Source: an uncultured Lachnospiraceae bacterium
GTDB taxonomy: Bacteria; Bacillota; Clostridia; Lachnospirales; Lachnospiraceae
NCBI GenBank assembly: GCA_964591945.1
Contig: CAZQBM010000002.1
Coordinates: forward strand, 6,550-70,549
Direction of reading: 5' to 3'
Length of the DNA stretch: 64,000 nt
Shown: in pieces, positions 38,045-48,539 of the stretch
How the letters are laid out: each line of letters begins with the position of its first letter
Position numbering within the stretch: position 1 is the stretch's first letter
Notes under the pieces: generated by a model
Databases searched by the model: none
Seen by the model: the letters and a program-made list of their open reading frames with translations, nothing else
What the model was told of the DNA's origin: nothing
Position numbers and translations under genes: made by a program

Positions 38045-38593
38045 TTACTCCGCAATCATGGTAAGGAAGGTTGCAGGCACATCTGAGCCGCATCTCTGTC
38101 CATGAGGGTAGGTAGGGTTAAAATAAATACTGTCTCCTTTTTGTAAAACGATATCCTGGTCACCAAAGGTGACGACGACAGTACCCTCTAACACCAAGTT
38201 AAATTCTTCCCCCTGATGAGATACGAGATCCGCTTTCTTATCGGAAGGATCCAACGTTACCAGGAACGGTTGCATAATAGTATTGTTAAAATGATATGCC
38301 AGGTCTCTGAATTCATACCCCGGATATCTGTCAGCTTTCTGACCATTTCCGCCGCGCACTACCTGATAAGTTTTCAGTTTCGCAGACACGCCGGTAACAA
38401 TTTCCGAAAAATCCACTTTATAAATCTTAGAAAGTTTAAAAATCACGTTAATGGGAATGTCTTTTCCGTTTGCCTCGTACTGCTTGTATAACTCCACACT
38501 GATACCAAGCTCTTGTGCAATTTCGTCTTCCGAATAATCACAAATTTCACGAAGTTCTTTGATACGCAGGGCGATTTCTCTGATTTCGTCCAT
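38045..38593 (-). CDS. XRE-HTH/cupin transcriptional regulator
   Basis: IALRIKELRE..HQGEEFN.VLEG..GDSIYF..PH. Confidence 0.9.
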   Translation of the reverse strand: MDEIREIALRIKELREICDYSEDEIAQELGISVELYKQYEANGKDIPINVIFKLSKIYKVDFSEIVTGVSAKLKTYQVVRGGNGQKADRYPGYEFRDLAYHFNNTIMQPFLVTLDPSDKKADLVSHQGEEFNLVLEGTVVVTFGDQDIVLQKGDSIYFNPTYPHGQRCGSDVPATFLTMIAE

Positions 38594-38701
38594 AGTTAAC
38601 CTCCTTAAAATAAAAGGAAAAAGTCGCAAGCGACTTATCGCCTCCTTAAAAACAGGAATAGAGAATCGTATAAAAACGATTCCCATCCCGATTAAAATCT
38701 T

Positions 38702-39238
38702 TTATGATTCCATACCAATCTTTAATGCTTCCTGATTCAAACCAAGCATTGCTGCCTTCTTCGCAGGAATTACTTTCTGGATACCCTTATCCAAAGCTTC
38801 TTTGGTGCAGAAGCCTACTTCCTTAAACATCTTACCTACCAAAATGATGATTGCACAGCCTTTTAAGCCTTTTTCATCTGCAATCTTGGTAGCGTCGATG
38901 TAATATACATTAACATCTGTACGTTCTACTTTCTTGGAAATCATAGAACTATCTACAAGGATTGTACCACCGGGTACAACAGCATCTACGAACTTATCCA
39001 ACGAAGGAAGATTCATTGCAATTAACACATCCGGCTGCGTTACCAGGGGCGAACCAATAGATTCATCACTAATTACAACGCTACAGTTACAGGTACCGCC
39101 ACGCATTTCGGGACCGTATGAAGGAAGCCACGAAATTTCCTTATCATCCATAAGTCCTGAATATGCAATCGTTTTACCTGCAAAGAGGATACCCTGGCCG
39201 CCGAAGCCTGCCAATAATACGTTTAATGTCTTGCTCAT
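38702..39238 (-). CDS. 2-oxoacid:ferredoxin oxidoreductase gamma subunit
   Basis: [19 protein letters not shown]. Confidence 0.93.
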   Translation of the reverse strand: MSKTLNVLLAGFGGQGILFAGKTIAYSGLMDDKEISWLPSYGPEMRGGTCNCSVVISDESIGSPLVTQPDVLIAMNLPSLDKFVDAVVPGGTILVDSSMISKKVERTDVNVYYIDATKIADEKGLKGCAIIILVGKMFKEVGFCTKEALDKGIQKVIPAKKAAMLGLNQEALKIGMES

Positions 39239-39993
39239 TATTTGTCTCCTCCTTCTGCATCGATATCTTTGTATACGCCGAGAGGATAGTACTCAAGCAT
39301 ATTTTCACGAAGCCACTTCATAGACTCTTCCGGAGTGAGACCCCAGTTAGTAGGACATGTAGATACAACTTCGATGATTGAGTAACCCTTCTTATCAATC
39401 TGGTTCTGGAAACCTTTCTTGATTGCTTTCTTAGCAATGTTTACGTTCTTTACGCTGTCAACGGTTACACGCTGTGCAAGTGCTGTACCGCTTAAGGTAG
39501 AGAGTAATTCACAAACACGGATGGGATGACCTGCTGTAGAAGTATCACGTCCGTAAGGTGAAGTCTGTGTAATCTGTCCGGGAAGAGAGGTAGGTGCCAT
39601 CTGACCACCTGTCATACCGTAGATTGCATTGTTGATAAAAATAACGGTAATGTTTTCACCACGTGTTGCAGCGTGTACGGTTTCTGCCATACCGATTGCT
39701 GCCAAGTCACCATCACCCTGATATGTAAATACTACGTTCTCGGGAACTGCTCTTTTAATACCTGTAGCAACTGCGGGAGCACGACCATGTGCAGCCTGCA
39801 CCATGTCGCAGTTAAAATAATTGTAACTGAATACGGAACAACCTACGGAAGCAACACCTACAGTCTGTCCCACTACTCCTAACTCATCTAAAACTTCTGC
39901 AACCAAACGATGTACGATACCGTGTGTACATCCGGGGCAGTAATGAAAAGGCACATCTGTTAATGCCTTGGTTTTTTCAAATACAACAGCCAT
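39238..39993 (-). CDS. 2-oxoacid:ferredoxin oxidoreductase beta (TPP-binding) subunit
   Basis: [34 protein letters not shown]. Confidence 0.93.
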   Translation of the reverse strand: MAVVFEKTKALTDVPFHYCPGCTHGIVHRLVAEVLDELGVVGQTVGVASVGCSVFSYNYFNCDMVQAAHGRAPAVATGIKRAVPENVVFTYQGDGDLAAIGMAETVHAATRGENITVIFINNAIYGMTGGQMAPTSLPGQITQTSPYGRDTSTAGHPIRVCELLSTLSGTALAQRVTVDSVKNVNIAKKAIKKGFQNQIDKKGYSIIEVVSTCPTNWGLTPEESMKWLRENMLEYYPLGVYKDIDAEGGDK

Positions 39994-39995
39994 GA

Positions 39996-41060
39996 TTACA
40001 TCTCCTTTCCTGCAAGTGCGCGAATCTGGTCAAGTACTTCAGCAGGTGTAGGAATTACACCACCGGTACGACCGAAGAATTCAACGGGCTTTCTGCCGTT
40101 TACAACAAGACGCACATCGTCAACCATCTGACCCATATTCATTTCCACGCAAAGGAATTTCTTTGCTGTAGGAACAACCTTCTCAATTGTTTTGTCAGGG
40201 AAAGGCCATACGGTAATGGGACGAATCATACCAACCTTGATACCTTCTTCTCTTGCTGCCTTAATTGCACTTCTTGCCACACGGGAAGAAGCACCGAAAG
40301 CAACTACTACGATTTCAGCATCTTCTGTCATAAATTCTTCCGCACGCTGCTCTTCTTCCTTAATCTTCTCGTATCTTTCATAACGCTCTTTTACGAGATT
40401 TTCAAGTACTTCGGGCTCAATGTATAAGGAATTGATAATGTTCTTTGCTCTCTGATTCTGATGTCCGTTGGCTGCCCAGGGCTTATCTGCCACTGCGACA
40501 TCCTTCTTCTCAGGAAACTCAACAGGCTCCATCATCTGTCCCAACATACCGTCTGATAAAATCATGGAAGGCACTCTGTACTTTTCACCCACTTCAAAAG
40601 CAAGGGGTACGAAGTCTACCATTTCCTGAATGGTGGACGGTGCCAAAACAAACATCTGGAAATCACCGTGTCCGAGTGCCTTGGTTGCCTGCCAGTAATC
40701 TGACTGTGAAGGCTGGATACCACCTAGACCGGGGCCGCCACGCTGTACGTTAATAATAAGTGCGGGCAAATCAGAACCTGCGATGTAAGATACACCTTCT
40801 GATTTCAAGCTCACACCCGGTGAACTGGAAGATGTCATAGTACGAACACCTGCTGCCGCTGCACCAAGTACCATATTAATTGCTGCCACTTCTGATTCAG
40901 CCTGTAAAAATACGCCACCCTCCTTGGGCAAACGTTTCGCCATATATGCCGCAATTTCAGTCTGCGGTGTAATAGGATATCCGAAGTAATGCTTACATCC
41001 GCACTGGATAGCGGCCTCAGCCAAAGCTTCGTTACCTTTCATTAAAACTTTCTCTGCCAT
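39996..41060 (-). CDS. 2-oxoacid:ferredoxin oxidoreductase alpha subunit (VorB-like)
   Basis: GNEA, GYPITPQ, QAESE, TSSSSPG, RGGPG. Confidence 0.93.
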   Translation of the reverse strand: MAEKVLMKGNEALAEAAIQCGCKHYFGYPITPQTEIAAYMAKRLPKEGGVFLQAESEVAAINMVLGAAAAGVRTMTSSSSPGVSLKSEGVSYIAGSDLPALIINVQRGGPGLGGIQPSQSDYWQATKALGHGDFQMFVLAPSTIQEMVDFVPLAFEVGEKYRVPSMILSDGMLGQMMEPVEFPEKKDVAVADKPWAANGHQNQRAKNIINSLYIEPEVLENLVKERYERYEKIKEEEQRAEEFMTEDAEIVVVAFGASSRVARSAIKAAREEGIKVGMIRPITVWPFPDKTIEKVVPTAKKFLCVEMNMGQMVDDVRLVVNGRKPVEFFGRTGGVIPTPAEVLDQIRALAGKEM

Positions 41061-41085
41061 TTTAATTATCTCCTTTCAAATCCTT

Positions 41086-41292
41086 TTATCTTTCTACGGT
41101 AATTGCCACGTCGGGACACATAATTGCACAAGATGCACAACCGATACATGCCGACTCGTCTGTCAATGTGGAAGGATGATATCCCTTCGCATTAATTTTA
41201 TCCTTGGAAAGAACAAGAATTTTCTTCGGACAGGCGGTAACACATAATCCGCAGCCCTTACACAAAGCTTCATTAACGGTAATTTTTGCCAT
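41086..41292 (-). CDS. 2x[4Fe-4S] ferredoxin (delta subunit)
   Basis: CKGCGLCVTACP and CIGCASCAIMCP. Confidence 0.92.
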   Translation of the reverse strand: MAKITVNEALCKGCGLCVTACPKKILVLSKDKINAKGYHPSTLTDESACIGCASCAIMCPDVAITVER

Positions 41293-41337
41293 GTTTATTT
41301 CCTCACTTTCTGCTAGTGTTTATTTGAATATGAATTG

Positions 41338-42051
41338 TTATATCTTATCGAAATCAGGAACTCCGCTTTCCCACGGTGCCCTTACATAAATTTCCACCGG
41401 ATACCAGTTGATCTCTGAATGGCTCTCTGCCTGACTGCGCACTCGGTCATCCTTATATAAATATGTAGGTATGGTGGTTGCCCATAACGGCATTTCACAA
41501 CATTTCGAAATTTCTTCCGCATAAGATAGGGATTTCTCAATCGTTTCCCACGTCGTATCGTACTTAAGATGCGAGTTGTTTACAATCGCACTTACTTTAC
41601 ATCTGGAAGCATTTTCGATTTCTTTCATGATTTCCAAAGTTTCTTCCGGCGTTGCTGTTAAGTTTCGGTAGCGGTTTACAAGATACAGCATCTCATAATC
41701 CGTTTCAGCCAATTGTTTATGAAATCTTCCCAGAACTACGGAACCGGCATCGTCACCGCCCACGTCCATAATGACATCGTCTTCGGTTTCAAACACCATA
41801 TTCAGGTTTATGGGAAATCCGGGTGTCTCTACGTTGGTGTTTGCAAACATCGGTGCAATCACGGTAATTCCCATCGCTTCCAGCTTCTCTTTATATCCGG
41901 ACGATAGGAAGTAGGGATTCACCAAATCCAAATCTACAAGTGTGACTTTACGTCCGCTCTTTGCACGATCAATGGCAAGGTTTAAAGAAAAATTACTTTT
42001 ACCGCAACCGTAATGACCGCAGACAATATAAAATTTTCTTTCTTCTGCCAA
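41338..42051 (-). CDS. P-loop ATP-binding protein (MinD/ParA-like, associated with vor operons)
   Basis: GHYGCGKS, DLDLVNPYF, DVGGD. Confidence 0.8.
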   Translation of the reverse strand: MAEERKFYIVCGHYGCGKSNFSLNLAIDRAKSGRKVTLVDLDLVNPYFLSSGYKEKLEAMGITVIAPMFANTNVETPGFPINLNMVFETEDDVIMDVGGDDAGSVVLGRFHKQLAETDYEMLYLVNRYRNLTATPEETLEIMKEIENASRCKVSAIVNNSHLKYDTTWETIEKSLSYAEEISKCCEMPLWATTIPTYLYKDDRVRSQAESHSEINWYPVEIYVRAPWESGVPDFDKI

Positions 42052-42156
42052 GAGAACACTTCCTCTCTTCCCGGTTCGGACTTTCGCTGTTTTTCGCGAT
42101 TTTCTGCCAAAAACCTTAATTTAGATATAATATCACAGCCATTTTAAGAAATCAAG

Positions 42157-44496
42157 TTATGCCTGTAAGAATTTCAGATGTTCCAATAATTCTGCAGAAG
42201 GCTTTATTCCCTTCTTTTCCAGAGATTGCAGATATCTGGCAAATTCAATTTCTTTCTTATTTCTCTTATTCTCTACTCTCGTAATCACTTCGCTAATTGC
42301 TGGATTTTGCTTAAGATACTCTCTTTTATCTTTAGCAAACAGACAATACTCTGCTAAAATACCACGGCTCACTTTATTTAATCGGTTAGCCCCTTCAGAC
42401 TCATATTTAATCCACATCATATAATCCGATATAAACATTTCTGAAATATTGTTACGATATCTTATAAGCCGCTCTTTAATCTTCTGCTTTGTCGCATCGG
42501 ACAAATCATTGCTTTTACGATAAAATTGTATGTAATCATAATATTCCGAAGTAAGGGAACGTTCCGAAACATCATTCCATCGCACACCCTGTTCGGTACG
42601 GCAGAATTCCCAGCGATATCTTGCTACTACATTTAAAAGCATTTCTTTCAAATCCCCTTGCGGATACATCGGCAATGCAAATCTTGCAGGGCTGACTCTT
42701 CTTCGTCCTTCGATTTCCTGCCACATGCTGGCTCTGTATCCCACGTGCGGAATCAAAATAATATCAGGCAGAACTTCCGTCATAAGACGCAAAGCCTTCA
42801 TCTGCCCGCCGGCACTCATGTAAGAATACTCCCTGTAAAAAAGTGAAAAATCTACCTTCCTTATTTCGTCCAGCACACCTGCAATTCTCTCATAAGATAA
42901 AATGCTGTTCTCTAAGTTGCCCATCAACTCTTCGCCCACCAAAAAAGGACAAAATGTGGCATTGGAACTATATACAATACGATTGTTGGGGCGGAAGAAA
43001 TTCTTAATTTCAAAACGCACCTTACGCATCATATCATTATTATATTCCATCTCTTCTTCGTAACTGATGCTTCGTTTCTTCTTGAATTCCTGCAGAAAGT
43101 CTTTGTAATCACGTCCCAACTCGTCTCTGGAGGGCTCCCTCTCGCCGGTATAAATCAAATGCAGCCACTGACTGATGGTGTGCACGTTGTAATTACCTTC
43201 GTAGCGTCTCTGCTTTATCAAATCATAAATTCTGACCTGATCCTCTTTACTGAAATCCGTATCACTTAAGATCCCGTAATCCAAGAACAAATCCACCCAA
43301 AGCGGCGCATTGCCTTCTTCTTTCTTCCGGAATACAGCTTCATAAAGTTCATAAAATAATGTTTCAAATTCATGAATTTTTTTCATGGCATCCGGCGCAC
43401 GGAACTGATTCTTGGCAAGAATACGAAACGAAGTAAGTCCTGCCATAAACTCTTCCTTCTGCGCTCCCGTAATTCCGGCAAATTCCAATAATCTCTTGGT
43501 AAGACCCGAAAAAGCACTTTGATATTCCACCATTTGATTTGCCGTATACTCGGTCATCATAATGGCTTCTTCTGCATCTGCCGATGTATTTAAAATTTCT
43601 ATAGCATCCCTGATTTTTTCTGCAGGCGATATAAAATATACTCCGGGCGTTTCCGCAAACTCCCGCTCCATCGCCACTGCCATCGCATGAATTGATTCCA
43701 GCTCCGATACCACCGGCTGTAATTCACCTTTGATATCCCTGATTTCCAGTGCCATCTCATAATATCCGCTATATAAATTATCTCGGTTTGCCCCAAAAAA
43801 CATTTGCCCTATTTTTTTATAAAAGAGCATATTCTTCTCGGCAGCACTTGCCATCGAACGGGCACTTTCTTCAATCTGCTTCAAAAAACTCATGGTTGTA
43901 TACGGAACACTCCCGAAGAACCCCGAAACCTGTTCCATATTCAAAAGTGCCAACTCAGCCGCGACCTCTTCTGAATAAACATTGGGCGTATAAGACACAT
44001 AATCACTTTCCAGACTCTCAATGTCTTCCAGTTCTTTGCACTTTATATTGTATTTTTTACCGTAATTTTTGTACTTCTCATAACTTACTTTCAGTTTGCC
44101 GTAAGCTCTTTTACTACGTTGATACCAGCGGTTCTGTAGCGCACTTTGTTGCTTATAAAAACGAATTGCAGACAGAACAGAAACGGAGAGATATTTTTTC
44201 TCTCCGTTAAAAATCGGTCTCATCAAATTAGCTCCCGCAAACGAATACATACAAACTTTACAATCTGTGGAAGCTACATAGTCATAACCGTAGGTGCCTA
44301 ACCAAATATCGCTGATTCCCAACATATCCCCGGCGCTCATAATAATATTTCCGTAAGCGGTACGCGCAACAACTTCACCCTCCGCAATCATGCCGAGAAA
44401 CTGCACTGTTTCATCGGTTTCAAAAATTATATCCCCCGATTTAAACACATATATTTTTTTGTCCTGATATTCTCTTTTTTGCATACCCGGCCTCAC
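42157..44496 (-). CDS. Large protein with N-terminal cyclic-nucleotide-binding-like domain
   Basis: FKSGDIIF..LGMIAEGEV..GDMLG..YVA.TDC cNMP pattern; long helical C-terminus of unknown function. Confidence 0.65.
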   Translation of the reverse strand: MRPGMQKREYQDKKIYVFKSGDIIFETDETVQFLGMIAEGEVVARTAYGNIIMSAGDMLGISDIWLGTYGYDYVASTDCKVCMYSFAGANLMRPIFNGEKKYLSVSVLSAIRFYKQQSALQNRWYQRSKRAYGKLKVSYEKYKNYGKKYNIKCKELEDIESLESDYVSYTPNVYSEEVAAELALLNMEQVSGFFGSVPYTTMSFLKQIEESARSMASAAEKNMLFYKKIGQMFFGANRDNLYSGYYEMALEIRDIKGELQPVVSELESIHAMAVAMEREFAETPGVYFISPAEKIRDAIEILNTSADAEEAIMMTEYTANQMVEYQSAFSGLTKRLLEFAGITGAQKEEFMAGLTSFRILAKNQFRAPDAMKKIHEFETLFYELYEAVFRKKEEGNAPLWVDLFLDYGILSDTDFSKEDQVRIYDLIKQRRYEGNYNVHTISQWLHLIYTGEREPSRDELGRDYKDFLQEFKKKRSISYEEEMEYNNDMMRKVRFEIKNFFRPNNRIVYSSNATFCPFLVGEELMGNLENSILSYERIAGVLDEIRKVDFSLFYREYSYMSAGGQMKALRLMTEVLPDIILIPHVGYRASMWQEIEGRRRVSPARFALPMYPQGDLKEMLLNVVARYRWEFCRTEQGVRWNDVSERSLTSEYYDYIQFYRKSNDLSDATKQKIKERLIRYRNNISEMFISDYMMWIKYESEGANRLNKVSRGILAEYCLFAKDKREYLKQNPAISEVITRVENKRNKKEIEFARYLQSLEKKGIKPSAELLEHLKFLQA

Positions 44497-44509
44497 AATA
44501 CTTCTATAC

Positions 44510-45766
44510 TTATAAAATCCTTCTCACCGATAAAATTGTTCGATAGGTTGCGTTGGATATTTTAATACCCGTCTTTGCCGAACTGGCATGTACAATTTTA
44601 CCGCCACCCACATAAATTGCTACATGACCGGAATAACAAATAATATCGCCCGGCTGCGCATCAGCATAGGCAACTTCCGTTCCTGCACTTCGCTGTGAAT
44701 ACGAGGTTCTCGGAATCACTACGCCAAAATTTCTGTATACGGATTGGGTAAATCCCGAGCAGTCAGCTCCGTTCGTCAGGGATGTTCCTCCCGCCACGTA
44801 GGGATTACCCAGAAACTGAATTGCGTATAAAGCAACCTGCTTACCGGCATCACTTCCGTAAGCACCTGTAATAACGGAGGTATCCAAGCTATATGCCGAT
44901 CCGGTAAACTGTGCACCTCCACCGGAAGAAGTTGTTCCGCCTGTGCCTCCTGCATTCGAAGTTTCTCCGCCATTTGCGGCTGCTTCCGCTTCCAAACGTT
45001 CCTTCTCCAACGCTTCCTGACGTTCCTCTTCCAGCTGACGAATTTCTGCATTCTGCTGACGGATTTTCTTGGCATATTTGTCTGCCAATTTCTCTGCCGA
45101 AGCAATCTGTGCCGCATACTGGTCGGAAGCAGCTTGCAACTCGGCAACCATACCTTCCAATTCCGTCTTCTCCAATTCGCACTCGCCCTTAACAGCCTGT
45201 AACTCCGACTCTTCGATTTCAAGTTGCTCTTTCAAATCTGCAACTTCCTGTTTCGTCTTCTGATATTCTTCCAGCACTCTGTTATCATAGTCATATAACT
45301 GCTGTATGTACTCTAAACGTGTCAATAAATCAGACAAACTCTGCGTCTCCAAAAGTATGCTTAAGTAGGAATCTTCCCCCTTTTCATACATTGCCTGCAG
45401 ACGAACCATAGTATCTTCATATTGCTGTTCTTCCTTTGCAATTGCCACATCTAAGTCTATTTGTGCCTGTGCTATTTGTTCTTCCAGTAATGCAATATCT
45501 TCTTCCAAAATCTCAATGCTTGCCATCAACTCTACAATTGCCATGGTAAGATCATCAATTTCACCTTCTATTTCAGCTTGTTCGTCCTCTAACGCACTGA
45601 TATTATCTTCTATTTCTTCCAGTTCTTGCTGGTTCTGCTGCATCTGTTGTTCAGTCTGCTCAATCTGATTCTGCAACTCGCTGGACGTGGTTGCATATAT
45701 CGTTTGACCGCAAAATGTTACAAGTAACAAAACGGTCGTCGCAATCTTCAATATTTTCTTGTACAT
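44510..45766 (-). CDS. Secreted coiled-coil NlpC/P60 peptidoglycan endopeptidase (CwlO-like)
   Basis: Signal peptide, coiled coil, GNPYV.GG..DCSGF..PRTS..GHV..HA. Confidence 0.92.
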   Translation of the reverse strand: MYKKILKIATTVLLLVTFCGQTIYATTSSELQNQIEQTEQQMQQNQQELEEIEDNISALEDEQAEIEGEIDDLTMAIVELMASIEILEEDIALLEEQIAQAQIDLDVAIAKEEQQYEDTMVRLQAMYEKGEDSYLSILLETQSLSDLLTRLEYIQQLYDYDNRVLEEYQKTKQEVADLKEQLEIEESELQAVKGECELEKTELEGMVAELQAASDQYAAQIASAEKLADKYAKKIRQQNAEIRQLEEERQEALEKERLEAEAAANGGETSNAGGTGGTTSSGGGAQFTGSAYSLDTSVITGAYGSDAGKQVALYAIQFLGNPYVAGGTSLTNGADCSGFTQSVYRNFGVVIPRTSYSQRSAGTEVAYADAQPGDIICYSGHVAIYVGGGKIVHASSAKTGIKISNATYRTILSVRRIL

Positions 45767-45915
45767 TTTGCATTCCTCCTTAGTCCCATAGTTGTTTTTA
45801 TTATATAACATTTTAATAGCGAATTACAACACTTCCCATAGATTTCCTTGCCTTTTAATCGAAAGAATGATACAATATTCCTTGCATAAAAAGTTCAGAC
45901 AGGAGGCTTACAAGA

Positions 45916-46416
45916 ATGCAGCATCTTTTATTAGCCACACTCAGTACCGGTTGGATTATTACAATCGTGGTACTTGTAGTAATTATCATCGCTATGATTG
46001 CCCTTTACTTTGCAGGCAAGAAAATGGAAAAGAAGCAGGCAGAACAGCAGGCTTTGATGGAGCAGAACAAGCAAACCGTCAGCATGCTGATTATTGATAA
46101 AAAGAAGGTTAAATTGAAAGACGCAGGTTTCCCTCAGGCTGTTTTAGACCAGGCACCGAAGATGTCAAGAAACATGAAGGTGTATGTCGTTAAGGCTAAG
46201 GTCGGACCCCAAATCCTTTCCCTTCTCTGCGACGACAAAATATTTGATACGATTCCCGTTAAGAAAGAAGTGAAAGCTACGATTAGCGGCATGTACATTC
46301 TCGGAGTGAAAGGACTTCACGGCAAGAACGTGACTCTGCCTCCCAAGAAGCGTGGTTTCTTCAAACGTACAATGGACAAGTTACAGAATGCAGCCGGTAA
46401 CAAACCCGCGAAATAA
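45916..46416 (+). CDS. Conserved hypothetical single-TM basic protein
   Basis: 166 aa, AGGAGG RBS, N-terminal TM. Confidence 0.75.
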   Translation: MQHLLLATLSTGWIITIVVLVVIIIAMIALYFAGKKMEKKQAEQQALMEQNKQTVSMLIIDKKKVKLKDAGFPQAVLDQAPKMSRNMKVYVVKAKVGPQILSLLCDDKIFDTIPVKKEVKATISGMYILGVKGLHGKNVTLPPKKRGFFKRTMDKLQNAAGNKPAK

Positions 46417-46423
46417 GTTAAAA

Positions 46424-46462
46424 ATAAATCCGTGGAACATTATTGTTTCACGGATTTTTATT
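46424..46462. terminator. Bidirectional terminator
   Basis: AAATCCGTGGAACA-TTAT-TGTTTCACGGATTT. Confidence 0.7.
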
Positions 46463-46489
46463 TGCAATATAAATTATTCTTTTATTCTC

Positions 46490-46918
46490 TTAAATAATCT
46501 CTGTTTCGATTTTTGTATTACAGTGCGCCACCAACTGCTCACCGGATTTCAAATCATAAAGAATTGTAATTTCACCGCTATATTCCTTTTCGTCCACAAT
46601 CACTTCTTCACAGCAGATCATCATATCAATCACACCAAAAGGTGTCTTATATTCCACGCTGCTTTCTTTTCCCGGTGTAAAAACCATCTCGGATTCTACA
46701 GCCCCGCTTTTGGAAATGACAGTGCTCTCAGAATTCATTACAATTCGATTACGCACTTCCATACCTTCAGCCGGTTTCTCTATGTATTCAATCACACATC
46801 CGTCTTCCGTTTTCTTATAATCACCTTGGACTTCCATTACGGTTACATCCTGCTCTTCACCCATAATTTGTACACCGGTGATTTTAATGTTCACTTCTCC
46901 CGTTGTCATCCTCTTCAC
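46490..46918 (-). CDS. DUF1934-family beta-barrel protein
   Basis: G.V.SEMVF.PGK....YKTPFG pattern. Confidence 0.8.
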   Translation of the reverse strand: MKRMTTGEVNIKITGVQIMGEEQDVTVMEVQGDYKKTEDGCVIEYIEKPAEGMEVRNRIVMNSESTVISKSGAVESEMVFTPGKESSVEYKTPFGVIDMMICCEEVIVDEKEYSGEITILYDLKSGEQLVAHCNTKIETEII

Positions 46919-47189
46919 TCCACTCTGTAATCAACTCCCAAAGTTTGCTTTTAATCACTATTTCATCATCCTCAGCTTCCATAACTGCAATCGCCAGCTC
47001 CCGGTCCGTCATCTCACACTCAATCACCTGACCGTTCTCATCCACAATCCTGCAACAGTCTGCCGTAATACTGAACTCCGGATACATCACCAGCCACAGC
47101 AATAATACAGACGCAATTCCATATATAACTTCGCCGTTTTTTCTATGTAACTTCTGAGTTGTTTTCTTTATAAAATCTTTTATGTCCAT
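46884..47189 (-). CDS. Hypothetical membrane protein (stage II sporulation R C-terminal-like W.VMYPE motif)
   Basis: 101 aa, RBS GGAGG; LLWLVMYPEF..IVIKSKLWE. Confidence 0.5.
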   Translation of the reverse strand: MDIKDFIKKTTQKLHRKNGEVIYGIASVLLLWLVMYPEFSITADCCRIVDENGQVIECEMTDRELAIAVMEAEDDEIVIKSKLWELITEWSEEDDNGRSEH

Positions 47190-47353
47190 TTTCGTTCCTC
47201 CCGCTTTGAAAACAATGCCGTAATTGTTCTATTCGGCATTGCCGGCATCTCTTTTAAACAAAGCATTGCCGGTTCACGGGAAGAATATTCAATTGCATTC
47301 TAAAATGTTTGTATAAAATGTTTCTGCCTTCTCAAATCTTTATCCCCGACGCA

Positions 47354-48226
47354 CTATTTCACCGGATGATAAAAAGATGATACGAATACCTGCGTTGCAA
47401 GGTTCTGCTCCTTAATGACATCTGCTGCCGCTTCCGCGTCGGATTCATTCTCATATAGTCCGAATACGGTAGGACCGCTTCCGCTCATCATCGCCCGCAT
47501 TGCGCCGTGCTCTTTCATTACATTTTTAATGGCTGTAATCTCTGTATAACGTGTCTCGGTAACAGTTTCAAGCACGTTGTCCATTACTTTTACCACGCCG
47601 TCCAAATCGCCCGCACGTATGGCATCCGCCATTGCATCAATGTCAGGATGATATGTCAGGGAATTTGCATGCAGATTCTCAAACACATACTTGGTAGACA
47701 CATCAAAATCAGGCTTTGCAATCAAAACCACGCAATCCGGCACATTAGGTAACATCGTCAGCACTTCGCCGATGCCCTCGGAAAGTGCAGTTCCGCCTAC
47801 GATACAATAAGGCACGTCCGCTCCGACTTTAACGCCTAACTCGCAGAGACGTTCCTTGCTTACGCCCAGGTTATATAACTCATTGATTCCGTTAAAAACC
47901 GCAGCCGCATCCGTACTTCCGCCTGCCATTCCGGCTGCCATGGGAATTCTTTTTTCAAGGTGCATTTTGATGCCGCCGGGAAGATTGTATTCTTCAAACA
48001 TAAGCTTAGCCGCCTTGCAAACAAGATTGCTTTCATCACAAGGGAGTCCTTCAATGTTACAGGTCATGGAAATCCCCTTATCATCTGTCTTTTCCAGCGT
48101 CAGGGTATCATACAAATCCACCGTCTGCATAATCATACGAAGCTCGTGATATCCGTCTTCCCTTCTTCTTAAAACATCCAGTCCCAAATTCACTTTTGCA
48201 TATGCGTTCAATTCCAAGCGGTCCAT
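47354..48226 (-). CDS. ispE: 4-diphosphocytidyl-2-C-methyl-D-erythritol kinase
   Basis: AYAKVNLGLDV, KRIPMAAGMAGGSTDAA, GADVP, MSGSGPTVF. Confidence 0.96.
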   Translation of the reverse strand: MDRLELNAYAKVNLGLDVLRRREDGYHELRMIMQTVDLYDTLTLEKTDDKGISMTCNIEGLPCDESNLVCKAAKLMFEEYNLPGGIKMHLEKRIPMAAGMAGGSTDAAAVFNGINELYNLGVSKERLCELGVKVGADVPYCIVGGTALSEGIGEVLTMLPNVPDCVVLIAKPDFDVSTKYVFENLHANSLTYHPDIDAMADAIRAGDLDGVVKVMDNVLETVTETRYTEITAIKNVMKEHGAMRAMMSGSGPTVFGLYENESDAEAAADVIKEQNLATQVFVSSFYHPVK

Positions 48227-48449
48227 ATAGCCTCCATCCCAGTTCATCCATTTATAATATTTTACAAATTTACTACTTTTCCAATTCTTATCATTATTTT
48301 AATCTAATTTCAGATACGCTTAAAAGTATATCACTTTTTAAATAGGCACTCAAGCATATGCTTTTATTTTAGAGTAATACAATATGGCAGGAGTGCATTT
48401 AGGCAAAAATAGCACCCATAAAATTATTTATAAAAAACAACTATAGCTA

Positions 48450-48476
48450 TAAACATTCTAAAAAAAATGCCGATAA
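48450..48476 (+). promoter_or_regulatory. Sigma-28 (FliA/SigD) promoter
   Basis: TAAA-N15-GCCGATAA consensus match upstream of 48540. Confidence 0.8.
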
Positions 48477-48539
48477 TAGTAGAAAGCAATTAATGGACTA
48501 ATTGCGCGCAAAAAATATTTCACCAAGGAGGGTAAAGAC

